Origin: Octopus sinensis
Lineage: Eukaryota
DNA length: 64,000 bases
NCBI RefSeq assembly: GCF_006345805.1
Contig: NC_043004.1
Location: 91,574,001-91,638,000 of the forward strand
Direction: 5' to 3'
Of this stretch, positions 1 to 13,069 are shown piece by piece (position 1 is the first letter of the stretch; the number at the start of each line of letters is the position of its first letter). Made by a program: the position numbers and the translations under genes. The notes under the pieces are model-generated. The model was not told the origin of the DNA, ran no database searches, and saw nothing but the letters and a program-made list of their open reading frames with translations.

Positions 1-23
1 TTAACCCCGACTCACCCCGGACC

Positions 24-24
<1 letters not shown>

Positions 25-81
<57 letters not shown>

Positions 82-218
82 TATATATGATATTAATTTT
101 TTTTGATTTTTTTGAGTTTTAGTTCATCCATGAACTGTGGCCATGCTGGGGCACCGCATATATATGTATATATATTATATATATATATATATATAATATA
201 TGTATGTATATATTATAT

Positions 219-275
<57 letters not shown>

Positions 276-322
276 ATATATATATATTATATTATATGTA
301 TTATATGTATATATATATATAT
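25..322. repeat. (TA)n-rich microsatellite region with a short minus-strand SINE B 3' fragment
   Basis: Long TA runs. TGTGGCCATGCTGGGGCACCGC at ~136-157 is the reverse complement of the SINE B 3' motif GCGGTGCTCCAGCATGGCCGCA. Confidence 0.9.
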
Positions 323-526
323 GCACATATGATATCTATATGTTTTCGTGTGTGTGTAGTGGGTGTGTATGGTATACACGCACATAATATATGAATGTAT
401 ACACATATATCCACTTACTATTTTATTAATTCATTCTTTCCCTTTTACTAGTTCCAGGCAAAGCATTATGCCCATGCTGGAGCATCACCTTATTCGCGTA
501 TGTGCACGTACACACGCGTCACACTT

Positions 527-530
527 TCTG

Positions 531-586
<56 letters not shown>

Positions 587-745
587 ACTATCAGTCTGTC
601 TGTCTGCCTGTCTGTCTGTCTGTCTGTCTGTCTGTTTATCTCCGTAAATGTGTGTGTGTGTGTATATATATATATAGGGTGGATAATAAAAGGTCATATA
701 TTTACTTGCACATGTGCTATAAACACAACACATACACAATATATA

Positions 746-791
<46 letters not shown>

Positions 792-901
792 TTATATATA
801 TATACACACATACCATATATGTATACGTAAATCATATTTGTATAAATAAATATACGTAATATATATGTATATATATGTACGTATGTATAAATATTATATA
901 T

Positions 902-945
<44 letters not shown>

Positions 946-960
946 GTGTGTGTGTATGTA
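527..960. repeat. Compound microsatellite (TCTA)n/(TCTG)n/(TG)n/(TA)n
   Basis: Directly visible tandem units. Confidence 0.95.
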
Positions 961-1393
961 TTATGTATGTATGTATGTGTAAACATGTACATGCACCAAA
1001 ACGGAGAAGAAACGAAGTAGTGGGAACGGTGTAGGCCAAGGAATCTGCAACAGCAGTAACAACAGCACCACAATCGCGCGCCCGCGCACACCCATACGCG
1101 CGCGCACGGACACACACACACAGACACACGCACCTGTTGTTATATTAGTTTGTGTTTAGTGGTGCCTCGGTTGTTGCTGGAAAGCAGGCAAAGAGGCAAA
1201 GAGGCAAAGACAGTTGTTGGTGTGACGGTTAGAGGTAGTGCCTAGTTTTATGATGGTGATTGTGATGGTGGTGGTGGTGGTGGTGGTGGTGGTGGCTGTA
1301 AACACACACACACACGCACACACACACACACACATACACACACACATACACACACACACACACACTATACTCACGAACACAAGAACCGCTTAC

Positions 1394-1487
1394 ACTATAT
1401 AACACACGTTTTAACATGGTTGATGAAGACAAAAAAAATCAATACAGCTAGAGAGCTTTTCCTAGCTTCGGAATACGAGATTTCCGC
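1394..1487 (-). other. Candidate exon of a host gene (5'UTR plus MLKRVLYS)
   Basis: On the minus strand: polypyrimidine acceptor TTTTTCTTTTTCTTTTAG ending at 1488, CAACC-ATG at 1417, eight codons, then donor GTAAGC at 1393. Unique sequence between microsatellites. No homology recognised. Confidence 0.3.
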
Positions 1488-1504
1488 CTAAAAGAAAAAG
1501 AAAA

Positions 1505-1577
1505 ACTACTACTACTACTACTACTACTACTCTACTAACTCTACTACCACCACCACCACCACCACCACACCACCACC

Positions 1578-1618
<41 letters not shown>

Positions 1619-1722
1619 CAACACCACCACCACCACCACCAACAACAACAACACCACCACCACTACTGCTGCTACTACTGCTGCTGCTGTTGTTGTTGCT
1701 GTTGGTGCTGGTGCTGCTTGTT
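1505..1722. repeat. Trinucleotide microsatellite array (CTA)n/(CCA)n/(CAA)n/(CTG)n
   Basis: Visible tandem triplets. Confidence 0.95.
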
Positions 1723-1734
1723 GTACATCTCTCA

Positions 1735-1805
1735 TCGCACCTCCGTTCCGTTCCGTTCCGTGCCGCCCCCGCCTCCGTTTCTCCTCCCTTCCTCTCTCTC
1801 TCCTT
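1735..1805 (-). promoter_or_regulatory. CpG-rich patch with GC-box-like motifs
   Basis: CCGCCCCCGCCTCC (minus strand GGAGGCGGGGGCGG) and (CCGTT)3 in an AT-rich background, upstream of the candidate exon. Confidence 0.3.
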
Positions 1806-2202
1806 TCCAGTTAATATTCTACTTAAACCAATGATGTAATAGAATATCGACTTTTATTTGTCATTCAGAAAGACAGAAAGAGAGTGATGAGAAGGCGGGG
1901 AGTAAATAATCATACATACATATATATATATATATAATATATATATATCTATATATATATAACAGATAAGTAAATGAAACACACATATGTATATATGTAT
2001 CTATGTGTACGTACACACACACACACACGTATGCACATACACTCACGCACATGCACACAAGCACATACGTATAGATAATGCAATTCTTACACGCTTTCGA
2101 CGCGCTGAAAGTTTGAGGAATTCAATATATTGAACGGTTCTGTTTTCGAAATGAATTGAAATCATCTGTGAATAGATGAAGGGAGATTAAAAAAAAGAAT
2201 GA

Positions 2203-2233
<31 letters not shown>

Positions 2234-2235
2234 AA

Positions 2236-2450
2236 TGGCTTCAAATTTTGGCACCAGACCAGCAATTTGAGGGGAAGTGGGTAAATTGATTACATCGACC
2301 CCCCCCCCCAAGTCTCAACTGGTACTTATTTTATTTATTGACCTTGTGAGGATGAAAGGCAAAATCAACCTCGGCAGAATTTGAACTCAGAACATAAAGA
2401 CGGACGAAAAGTATTTTGTCCGGCGTTTTATCGATTCTGCCTGTTCGCCG
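2236..2450 (-). mobile_element. SINE family A, tail type 1 (older, diverged)
   Basis: Core GGATGAAAGGCAAAATCAACCTCGGCAGAATTTGAACTCAGAAC; on the minus strand it has a Pol III B box GAGTTCAAAT. Confidence 0.85.
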
Positions 2451-2455
2451 AATTT

Positions 2456-2793
2456 GAGATCCCCTTCGGTCATGACTGACCGTGGGATTGCACCTAGAAA
2501 ATTACCCTCCCAGGCACACAAGTCTGCGCAAGGTTGTTTATGGAAGACCAGCAATCGCCCATACATACCGGCCTCCCCTCTCCACGCCACCAGTGTTATC
2601 CAAGGGAAAAGCAAAGGCCAATACAGCTTGCCACCCGTGACGTCGCAACTCATTTCTACAGTTAAGTGAACTGGAGCAACGTGAAATAAAATGTCTTGCT
2701 CATGAACACAACTCGCAGCCCGTCCGGGATTCGAACTCACAACCTCACGATCGTGAGCTCGACGCTCTAACCACTGAGCCATGCGCCTTCATG
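2456..2793 (-). mobile_element. SINE family D, full length, tRNA-derived
   Basis: Minus-strand head GGCGCATGGCTCAGTGGTTAGAGCGTC with B box GAGTTCGAATCCC. Short TSD-like flanks CGCCGAATT / CGCCGATT. Confidence 0.85.
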
Positions 2794-2814
2794 CGCCGAT
2801 TAATAATAACAATA

Positions 2815-2956
2815 ATCCTTTCTACTAAAGGCACAAGGCCTGAAATTTGGGTGGAAAGGACTAGTCAATTACATCGACCTCAGTGTTTCACTGGTACTTA
2901 ATTTATCGACCCCGAAAGGATGAAAGACAAAGTCAACCTCTGCGGAATTTGAATTC
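2815..2956 (-). mobile_element. SINE family A, tail type 1, 5'-truncated
   Basis: Core ACTGGTACTTAATTTATCGACCCCGAAAGGATGAAAG and tail CCTTTCTACTAAAGGCACAAGGCCTGAAATTTG. Confidence 0.85.
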
Positions 2957-3221
2957 AGTAATAATGGCTATCGAAAATGAAGGAGGTGAAGATGGTTCTA
3001 ATTATTGTTGGGTCCTTGGGAACAGTATCATAAGGCATCAAGTGAAATATAAAGGTAACTGGAATAGAAAGCTCAGCAGAACTGTTACAAAAAGGTTTGC
3101 CACCTTGGCACGGCCAGAATAATCAGGAAAGTATTAGCTGAAAAGAACGGATAGCATGGTACCGTAGGCTGCAGGTAGCAAGCCCGCTACGCATGCTCCA
3201 ACAAAACCTGTGATAAAGAGA

Positions 3222-3278
<57 letters not shown>

Positions 3279-3494
3279 AAATGTCCCAAATTTCGGCACA
3301 AAGCCTGTAATTTTAGAGGAAGAGGTTAATGCGTCGGACAAAATGATTTGCAGTTGTTCTTCCGGCACTTTACGTACTGAGCTGAAATCCCGCAGTCAAT
3401 GATAATAATAATCCTTTCTACTACGAGAACAAAGCCTGAAATTTTGAGGAAGGAAGTTAGACGATTGCAGTGACCCTAATTTTCAATACTAATA

Positions 3495-3965
3495 GAAACG
3501 TCTCTCCACTCATAAGAATATATATGCAAAGAAATTTGATAAAATCAATGAATATAAGGATCTAGAAATTAAAATACAAAAGATGTAGCATATTAAAGTG
3601 AAGGCCGTCTCTATTATTTAGGTGCCCTTGATATGATAAAAATGGGGTATTAGAAACATCTAGATAACATCGCAGGAGACCCATCTCTCAAAGAAATCCT
3701 TAAGATTGTGTTAATAAGAACCATACATATTCTTAGAAAAAAAAACCCCTAAAACTTTTAAAAAGGTTTATACTGAAACATTCATTATACTGAAACATTC
3801 ATTATTGTTCAGGTATTTCTGTACTGTCTTTCTCACTTTTTCTCCCCTGTCTTTCAATTATATCTAAAAAAAATATTTTACACTTCACTTGCCCTAGGTC
3901 GCTGGGTGTGACCCGCTAAGTGATTGTGTCAAACACACAGATTGCAAGCAAAATAACAACAATGA
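3495..3965 (+). mobile_element. R4/Dong-type LINE 3' fragment (RLE domain and 3'UTR), degraded
   Basis: Translates to ...YKDLEIKIQKM*HIKVKAVSII/GAL..., homologous to the RLE segments at 14157-14365 and 36232-36780. 3'UTR motif AGGTCGCTGGGTGTGACC. Confidence 0.7.
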
Positions 3966-4479
3966 TAATTTTTTTTTGACCACAAGTCCCACAAAACCTT
4001 TAGGACACAAAGGACAGTGGGGTTTTACATAAAGATCTGTAAGCAATAAAATACAACAGTTGACAAGAGAATTATAACAACAAAATTCCCTGATATGGTG
4101 GGAGATGCCAACTAAAAGCCACAAAGGAACCCAACAGATTTCGAGTCACCCTACTCAGTAGGAGCACCATAGCAAGTGTTCCTCTCTTCTCCCTCTATAT
4201 TTTTCGGCCTACAAGCCCATGCTTACAACCGTTAAAGATGCTTGACACTCAACCACACGCTTGACCAAAGACTTTCGCCAAAGGAACAAACATAATCATT
4301 TCTGACATAGGAATTATTAATTGCCCCCTTTATCGATTGCTCTTTATTTTATTGATCCCAGGAAGATGACTTCAGAGAGATTTGAACGAGGAAGTTAAGA
4401 GAGAAAAAGAGAAAGAGGGTAGGAGGGAAAAGAGAGAGGGAGAGTTACACACACATACATACCTTCATACATACACATA

Positions 4480-4713
<234 letters not shown>

Positions 4714-4954
4714 TGTATGTATTATATATAACGTAGTGCTATATTTAATTCAATGAAACAGCAACATACGACTGCTACTTATTTTATTGATCTCAGAAAG
4801 CAGGACGACGAAAAATTATTCTAGTGTGTGTCGGGGATACATACCAAATAGAGCAAGGCCTTTAATACGACATTCTGCTTTTACTTTCCATTTCCACGAA
4901 CCCATTAATACTAACAATTATATTAACAGTTAGGGTTTCCTGAAGGTATGTGAC

Positions 4955-5075
4955 GTAATATGTAGAGTGTTGAGCGCTCGATCGTCAGGTTGTGGGTTCG
5001 ACATATTATTTCCTTGGGCATGGCACTTTATTTCATATTGCTCCAGTCGACTCAGTTGAAAATTGAGTATCAGCA
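4955..5075 (-). mobile_element. SINE family D 5' fragment, diverged
   Basis: Matches the family D head/core GTGGGTTCGAC...TTGGGCATGGCACTTTATTTCATATTGCTCCAGTCGACTCAG. The motif reads on the plus strand here, so orientation is uncertain. Confidence 0.4.
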
Positions 5076-5124
5076 ATAGGTGAAAGTCCGTCATGCGAAG
5101 GGCATGTGTTCCATTCATTTAGAG

Positions 5125-5366
5125 CAGTAGTTCTTAATCAGGGTCCATATGGCCCTTGGGGGCCCATATAAGATTTTGTTAAAATGTAGAATAAATTGGT
5201 TATATTTCTACAATACACAAAATATTTTAACGGTTTTTTTTAAATACAATTCCTTGTAATATTTAATTATAAAAATACAATAGGATTTTGTAAACATCAA
5301 CTGGGTATGGTAAATCCACCCAAGTAATATAGGAATCCATAGGTAAAATATGGTTGAGAACCGCTG
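5125..5366. mobile_element. hAT (Charlie-like) MITE
   Basis: Imperfect TIRs CAGTAGTTCTTAATC / GGTTGAGAACCGCTG. 8-bp TSD ATTTAGAG (5117-5124) / ATTTAGGG (5367-5374). Confidence 0.8.
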
Positions 5367-5417
5367 ATTTAGGGTGAGAGTAGGAAAATATTTTACTCTC
5401 AAACACCTAGACGCCTT

Positions 5418-5612
5418 GAAAATCCGGATAAGATGTTGCCTCACAAGCCGAAAATCACAGATCCGGATAAGATGTTTCCTCAGAAGCCTATTGGCACGAA
5501 TCCAGGTAAAATGCTGCTTCATAGGCACAAAACCAGGAAAGATGCTTTCTCAAGAGTCTATAGGCACAAAGCCAGATAAAATGCTATCTCACGAGTGTCT
5601 ATTGGTACAAAA
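5418..5612. repeat. Degenerate minisatellite, about 39-bp unit, about 5 copies
   Basis: Recurring ATCCGGATAAGATG / CCAGGTAAAATGCT / CCAGGAAAGATGCT / CCAGATAAAATGCT with (T)AGGCACAAA linkers. Confidence 0.6.
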
Positions 5613-6004
5613 TTTCAAAGATTTAAATAAGATTTCTTGCTTTCATACAAGACCATACATTTACGGAAAATGATCCTTAGTATATCACTAGTACAAATAC
5701 AGAGAGTTGATAAATAAAGTGGATCCTAGCAAGGCCTGAAATCATAACATAAAGGGAAAGAGGATTTTGCTCTGTTCTCTAATCATTCGGCCATGAGCTA
5801 TTCCTACACGGACACAACGGCAGCAGACATTTTGGCTTAGTATTTTTTTTTTGTAGAATATCGACTTTATTACTTCATTTATGTTGATGGTATTAAGCCT
5901 AAAGGCAGAGTTTGACGTCAGTGAGATTTGAACTCCAAATGTAAAAGTATTTCGTCTGTAACTTTACTGGTTCTGTTGCATACAGCCTAATTCCTTTTAT
6001 TAAT

Positions 6005-6677
6005 AATCCTTTCTATTACAGGCCGGAAAATTTGATGGAAGGGTTAAGTCGCTAACATCGACCCCAGTACTAAACTGGCTACTTATTTTATCGATCCCAG
6101 TACTCAAATAGTATCCATTTTATCGACACCGAAAGGATGAAAGGCAAAACTGAACTCAGAACGTAAAACCGGATGAAATACGGCTAAGCATTTTGTCCGG
6201 GGTGCTAACGATACTGCCTGCTCACCGCCTTACTCTTTTTATTAGTTACAAATGTTGGCACAAGGCCAGTAAAAGCAAAGGATTAGGTAAGTCGATTACA
6301 TCGACTCCTAAGCTCAATTAGTACTCATTTTATCGACCCTGAAAGGATGAAAAGCAAAGCTGACCTCGGCGAAATTTGAACACAGAACGTAAAGAGGGAC
6401 GAAATGTCGCAAGGCATTTTGCCCACCGGGCTAACGATACTGCCAGCTCGCCGCCTAACCACCCCTTTATTAACAACCATTTCAACTGTGAGCCTGGAAT
6501 TTGTGGGGAGTGGGATAATAGACTACATCGACTCCAGTACCTGACAGGTACTTAATTTATCGACCTCGAAAGGATGTAAGGTAAAGTCGACCTCGGCGGA
6601 ATTTGAACTCAGAATGTAAAGACGGACGAAATACCAATAAGGCCACCATGCTAACGATTTTGCCAGCTCGCCACCTT
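6005..6677 (-). mobile_element. Three head-to-tail SINE A copies
   Basis: The core TATCGAC...GAAAGGATG occurs at ~6121, ~6331 and ~6558, each followed by the head CCAGCTCGCCGCC or a variant. Confidence 0.85.
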
Positions 6678-6779
6678 AATTCCCTTTTCTAATAATAAGA
6701 AAGATAAAGAGGAGTCTTCAAATTCGTGATAAAAAGTATGTTATATTAATGGGGAATTACCTTAAACAAGGAACACACA

Positions 6780-6846
6780 GGCGCGCACACACACATGCAC
6801 GCACATGTATGTATATCTAAATAAATATGTGCGTGTGTATATATGT

Positions 6847-6899
<53 letters not shown>

Positions 6900-7055
6900 C
6901 ATGCGTGTGTGCGTACATGTATGCGTGAGTGGATGTACGTGTATAAGTGTGTGCGTGTATGTTGCAAGTATGTGACTGCATGTAATTATATGTTCACTCA
7001 CACACACACACACACACACACGTATATATGGAGAGAGAGAGAGAAAGAGAAAGAG

Positions 7056-7106
<51 letters not shown>
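6780..7106. repeat. (TG)n/(CA)n/(GA)n microsatellites
   Basis: Visible. Confidence 0.9.
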
Positions 7107-7534
7107 TCGGTTGACATACAAATATGCACATGCATATAGATTGTACATATATTTCTATCCATATACATAAGAATTTTTTAATCATTCATTTGAAGGATCG
7201 GTGGACCTTTGACATTCAGAAGAATCCGAAGAATGATGCCATTAATGTGGTTGATATTTAGTTTCAACCTCCCTTCGTAGGTTAATACCGAGAAGGCGTT
7301 CGGGAAGAACGTAGACGGGGCAAAGGTTTTGGTCAAGCGATTCATTTGTCCATTTGTGAAAGGGAATATCTGGATAAAGTGTTTCATTATTGGATTTAAT
7401 GCGAGGCATTGCATCAACGAAGAGAAGAGTAGACATGATTTCATCCGGTGGGGGTCTGTGATATACGAGTTTCTACCCGTATATCTAGCAGGCTCTTTTC
7501 CGAACTTGCTTGTTCAGAGCAGTAAAAGCTCTTA

Positions 7535-7583
<49 letters not shown>

Positions 7584-7705
7584 TGTAGTTGTAGTAGTAG
7601 TTGTAGAAGTAGTAGTAGCAGTAGTCGTACTAGTAGTAGTAGTAGTAGAGTAGCAGTAGTAGTAGCAGTAGTAGTAGCAGTAGTAGTAGTAGTAGTAGTA
7701 GTAGT
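7535..7705. repeat. (TAG)n microsatellite
   Basis: Visible. Confidence 0.95.
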
Positions 7706-7746
7706 TGAACAGAGAGAAAATACATAACGTGCCCATAAATGAACTC

Positions 7747-7996
7747 CTTTTATCGACCCCCGAAAGGATGAAAAGCAAAGCTGACCTCGGCGAAATTTGA
7801 ACACAGAACGTAAAGAGGGACGAAATGTCGCAAAGCATTTTGCCCACCGGGCTAACGGTACTGCCAGCTCGCCGCCTAACCACCCCTTTATTAATAACCC
7901 TTTCAACTGTAAGCTTGGAATTTGTAGGGAGTGGGATAATAGACTACATCGACTCCAGTACCTGACAGGTACTTAATTTATCGACCTCGAAAGGAT
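7747..7996 (-). repeat. Local duplicate of 6327-6575 (SINE A/SINE A junction)
   Basis: Near-identical sequence including the inter-SINE junction CCTAACCACCCCTTTATTAA. Confidence 0.9.
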
Positions 7997-8314
7997 AGCT
8001 TCATGACATTGTGTGATGAGTACAGGTACTCTTTGCGCTACGGGACTCTAGATACGAAATTTCTCACTCAAAAATTCTAAAGTATGGCCGCAGATTTTGC
8101 ATACGTTCTTTAATCCTGCTCTTACGCAAACACTGTTAAATTTCAGCAATTATGAAAACTAAAATCACGATACATAGGTATATACATATATTAATATATG
8201 CTTTCCTAGAAATATCTCTTTAATATATCTAGCCGCTCGTCATTTTTCTATCACCATGTTCTGTACATTTTTGTTGCTTACAGCCTATCAATTCAACACT
8301 TGAATTATATAACA

Positions 8315-8711
8315 CTAGCAGTATCGCCCGGCGTTGCTCGGGTTTGTAAGGGAAATAACTATATAAGCATTTTTAGAGAGTTATAGCCAAAAAATAGCAA
8401 AAAAATGCATTAAAAATGGAAAAAAATGATGGTAAATTTTTTTTAAATCGTTGACTCATCGTAGACATTTTTAGAGAGTTACTTCCCTTATATAATAGCG
8501 AAAAAAATGCATTAAAATGGAAAAAAATGATGGTAAATTTTTTTTTAAATCGTAGACTCATCGTAGACGCGCGCTAATACCCAGAAGGGCTCGATATGAA
8601 TCACGACTATAAGATACCCGGTTTTGGTTAAACTGCACCGCAAAATGTGGGAGTAGTTAGGAATCTAAATCGTAGGAGACAGACACACAACTTCACTTTT
8701 ATATATAAAGA
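8315..8711 (-). mobile_element. Non-autonomous Helitron
   Basis: Minus strand starts with TC and ends with CTAG, has a subterminal hairpin CCCGAGCAACGCCGGG, is inserted between A and T with no TSD, and carries an internal ~98-bp tandem duplication. A near-identical copy lies at 31842-32626. Confidence 0.85.
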
Positions 8712-9109
8712 TTTATTTCAACAAACTAATTTTATTATTCTTTAGCATTCTAGCCAACACCTATCTCCCTCACTCCCTCAGCTTGTTTGTGCGTTTCATT
8801 AATTCATCTAATTTGGATTTTGTTATTAACATTAGTCATATAGTACTACCTCCTAAATCGTACAACTTTCACCCTTTCGACATAACCCATCAACTCCTTT
8901 CATTTTCTTATTTCCATTCTTGCGTCCGAAGTAATAAGTTGTACTTTTTTTGCCGACACTAAACATCACAGCTTTCCTCGGATTCAACTGCTTATTTGAA
9001 GTGGAATTTTCTTTCGTCTATCACGTTCGGTACTGTTGGATTTAATTACAAAACGCATACAGTATAATGCATTATCCTTTGTTGAAGTTAAATGGAAAGA
9101 AGAAATCAT

Positions 9110-10300
9110 ATAGAAGTGAATGCAGTATTGCGAAAAGGAGTTGTAAAAGAACAAATCATGAGTGTTAAACTTAATGTTTTAGAAAGGTTTGGTGCGAAAG
9201 AATGACTGTCACATTCCAAAAACGTTGAAGCTTCTACATTAGGAAAAACACATGACAATAAAGATAAAATTAGGTCAATTGCCCAGTAAGTTATTACATA
9301 AACTGCACAGGCATTTTTTTTATAGAATTGATGCTACGTTTAATAAGGAACGATTACTGAGTGTGTGGATTGACGATCAGACTGAACCTAATGGGCTGAC
9401 AAACACGATAGTCTTTCATACTAAAGTTTTTACGACGATTTGTGAAAAGAGGAATGTCTAACTTCTAATACAAAACATTTCCTTGTGAGTAAAAATTGGT
9501 TTGAAGGCGTCAAGAGACGCCTTAATTTGCAGAGCATTAAAATGATCAGTGACGTTGCCAGAGCTGGTACAGAAGCTGCTCGTAATTATTCCGAGGAAAA
9601 TATTATTGAAGGAAAATTGCTCACTAAATAAATGTACTGTACATTTTTTGGAAATGCATGATCACTAGGATGAAAAGCCTACGACAGGCTTTAAAGCTCC
9701 CCCAAATCATCTGACTATTCTTTTAGGAGGAAGAGATGGCGATATGACATTAAAATCCCTACTTTTGTGTTCCTACAAAAATCCAAAGGCTTTCAATGGC
9801 TACAGTAAATTAAATCTACCTGTCATGCTATGATCAAAAGAGAAGAGTTGTATGCCTTCGTATTTTTTCTAAAACTGATTTACAAGCTTCTTTTACCTTG
9901 CTGTATGAAAGTACAGCGCCAGGTGTAATATATATCCAACAAAGCATTACACCAAGTCACCTAGTGAACTTAAATGATATTTCTGATAATGTGAATATAT
10001 TCCACTAGAAAAGTTATTCGCTCCACCCAGTGGATCAAGATCTGATAGCTAACTTCAAGGCTTATTATCTCGAAAACACTCCATAAAGGCAACATTAATT
10101 GATGCTTTAGAAAAAATGTGTTCAGAAGAAACTACTTTCATATTAGACATGACATTGTTGCTAAAGATATCATACAATATGATCTCAGTAGGAAAGATTG
10201 TCCTGACGAACATACCAGACTGCATCCACACGTTCATAAATAACGAAGAATGGTTGGTGGAGGAGGTACATTTCTCTCGAAATAAAAAGAATCCTTAATC
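9110..10300 (+). pseudogene. Tigger/pogo (CENP-B HTH and DDE_1) transposase remnant
   Basis: Frame-broken motifs ERLLSVWIDDQ, FLVSKNWFEGVKRR, DVARAGTEAA, GFKAPPNHLTILLGG, NPKAFNG..LPV, with many stops. Confidence 0.8.
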
Positions 10301-10504
10301 TGATAGAAACATAAAAGAACTGGCATTAAGTTTTAGAAGAGGTGCGTGGGGGATATGTACTGTTGCTATAAGTGGTTGTTCATTGGTTGTAAATGTTTCG
10401 TCTAAAGTAGTGAAGCATGAAAACGCCTGTAATGAACAACTAAAAATGTTATAACACTTATACAGTAGCTATAGATTCTTTTTGCTCAGTACCATATAAA
10501 TACG

Positions 10505-11175
10505 TTCACACACACGCACACACACACACGTACGCACACGCACACATACACGTACGCACACGCACACACACACACACACAACGCATATAGACTTTCTCAC
10601 ACGCATTCATACATACATTGGTAACCTATATATATGCACATATACGTACCTACATACATAAATACATACACGCATACGTATACCCATATAGGTGCATACA
10701 CAATGCATAATTACACACAAATATACGCGTACACATATAGACATACATATACACAGGCATTTATTTATAGATGCATACATACACACACATGCACACACAT
10801 ACGCACACATATACACACATATAAAAACTTACATACGGACATATAGCCATGCATACAAATATATATACATAGATGCTTAAATACAAACATGCAAGTATAC
10901 ATATATACAGAAACATGAAACACACGCACATACATATACATACATTCATACATATACATATAGGCATGTGCATAAATATGTATTCATAGATGTATGCATA
11001 TATGCATACACACACATACAGGTATACAAATATCCATACCTAGATGCATACACATATGCATGCATATGTCAAGCCAACAAATTTGTACTAATAACAACAA
11101 GCATGCATACACACATACATTCATACAGACATACATGCATACATACGTACTTACATACATCCATACATACATCTG
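10505..11175. repeat. Degenerate (CA)/(TACA)n simple-repeat region
   Basis: Visible. Confidence 0.9.
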
Positions 11176-11482
11176 TACAATGCGATTCAAACTATGCCAT
11201 CCAAAAATAAATAGACTGAACTGGGAAAATGTAGAGAATCTCCCTGTTATTGTATGCATACATAAACATCAATACCAGCAATATTAGTGGACTATTCCCA
11301 TCAAAACTTCTACCAAGGGAAAAAATACCAAGCCAGATATAATTTTTGATGAGCAGAGAAGAAATCATTACCACGAAATATGGCCGAGGTATTTCTAACG
11401 TCAATAATATTTTCAAAATTCGTAATGTTAAGGTCAGTTACGTCTGCCTGGACAATATCGCTTATATCGTATAATGGTAATC

Positions 11483-11526
<44 letters not shown>

Positions 11527-11666
11527 GGTTTCAAATTTTGGCACAAGGCCAGCAAGTTCGGTGAGAGACAGTAAGTTGATTACATCAACCATAATGCTCA
11601 ACTGGTACTTATTTTTTCGACCTCGAAAGGATGAAAGGCAAAGTTGACTTCGGCGGAATTTGAACA

Positions 11667-11725
<59 letters not shown>
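11483..11725 (-). mobile_element. SINE A fragment between (AAT)n tracts
   Basis: Core at 11600-11665, with (AAT)n on both sides. Confidence 0.8.
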
Positions 11726-11727
<2 letters not shown>

Positions 11728-12424
11728 TATACAAATATTTATATATTTATCTATTCATATATAGAGATAAATAGATATTTGTATATATAATAGCTTATAT
11801 ATAGGAACAATTTTCTCGAAAGAATAAAGAACAGGTAGATTAATCAGAATGAGCGAAGGTGCTTAGCTTAACTATATACTTTATGACAGGTCTTCGAATT
11901 TCCTCCTCCTCCTCTTCCTCCCTCTCCTCCTCCTTTCTTTTTCATTTGTCTAGCTGGTATCACCGTTCCGGGTCAGAACGGACCTGGGAGTAATGGTAAT
12001 TTAGGGATCCCCCTCCCACCAACTGAAGAATTCCCAAACTGGAAATCTTAAATAATTTTAGTATATCAATAAAACTGTTAAAGTATCTGATACTAACTAC
12101 ACTTGTAGTAAGTCTTTTTTTTCTTTTGTTTTTGGTAAATATTCAAGGATTTAATGTATTGTAATAACACTTTTAACTTACACGCCCATATGCACACACG
12201 TTCTCAATCATAAAGCATATCATCTTTTGGAGGCACGACCTTATAACCGTCACCATAACACTTTAACCACTAGGCCACTTGACTGAATGACAACAGTATA
12301 CACTTGGTGTGTTTATTACATTCTCTATTGAACACAATTACCTACTCAATATGTATTTGAGAGCAGAACGTAAAAACGGGCGGAGACTATAAACTGTTAG
12401 GTTTCCAGTCCGACGTTTAACAAG

Positions 12425-12640
12425 TACCTATTTCTTTACTACCCTCAAGGGGCTAAATACAGAAGGGACAAATAAGGACAGACAAAGGGATTAAGTCGAT
12501 TACATCGACTCCAGTACGTAACTGGTATTTATTTAATCGACCCCGAAAGGATGAAAGGCAAAGTCGACCTCGGCGGAATTTGAACTCAGAACGTAACGGC
12601 AGACGAAATACCGCTAAGTAGTTCGCCCGGCGTACTAACC
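12425..12640 (-). mobile_element. SINE family A, tail type 2
   Basis: Tail CCTATTTCTTTACTACCCTCAAGGGGCTAAA followed by the core. Confidence 0.9.
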
Positions 12641-12821
12641 ATTTTTTCCCTCAAAATGTTCTTATGGCTATTTTGTTCAGCATCAATTTAATTGTTTTCT
12701 TCGAGGTATTTCTACTTCTTCTCAGTATCAAAATTGTTGAGGCTGTTGTTTTCGCTTTTCTTGTCGTTTTTGCCTCCCCCCCCACCTGCATCATCATCAT
12801 TACCATCATCACAACGACCAT

Positions 12822-13000
12822 GGTTGGCATCCTTTTTGTCTCGGGAGACAATGGAGTCGCGCATAAAATAGTCTAGTCCGGCTTTTACATTTCATGTCCT
12901 GATACAGTTCCTGCTGTGGCTGTGTAGTCCTATCCTGGACAAACACTCCCTCTGGCAGGTACCGCAAATGTAGCGAAGACTTTGCCTGGCTGGTTGTAAT
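12822..13000 (-). mobile_element. RTE-clade LINE 3' end
   Basis: YICGTCQRECLSRIGLHSHSRNC matches the RTE ORF C-terminal C2H2-like motif (SRIGLxSH). It is followed by a short 3'UTR with hairpin TGTCTCCCGAGACA. Confidence 0.8.
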
Positions 13001-13069
13001 GTCATAGTTTCAACGACCATGACCACTATAATTACTGTAGCCTTAACTCCCTCTTTCTCATCATCGCTG

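Noticed and set aside
1-24. Telomere-like TTAACCCC at the window start
   Set aside because: A single unit only, with no (TTAGGG)n array.
6005-6677. CRISPR-like regularly spaced repeats
   Set aside because: The units are whole SINE copies with homologous spacers, the context is eukaryotic, and there are no cas genes.
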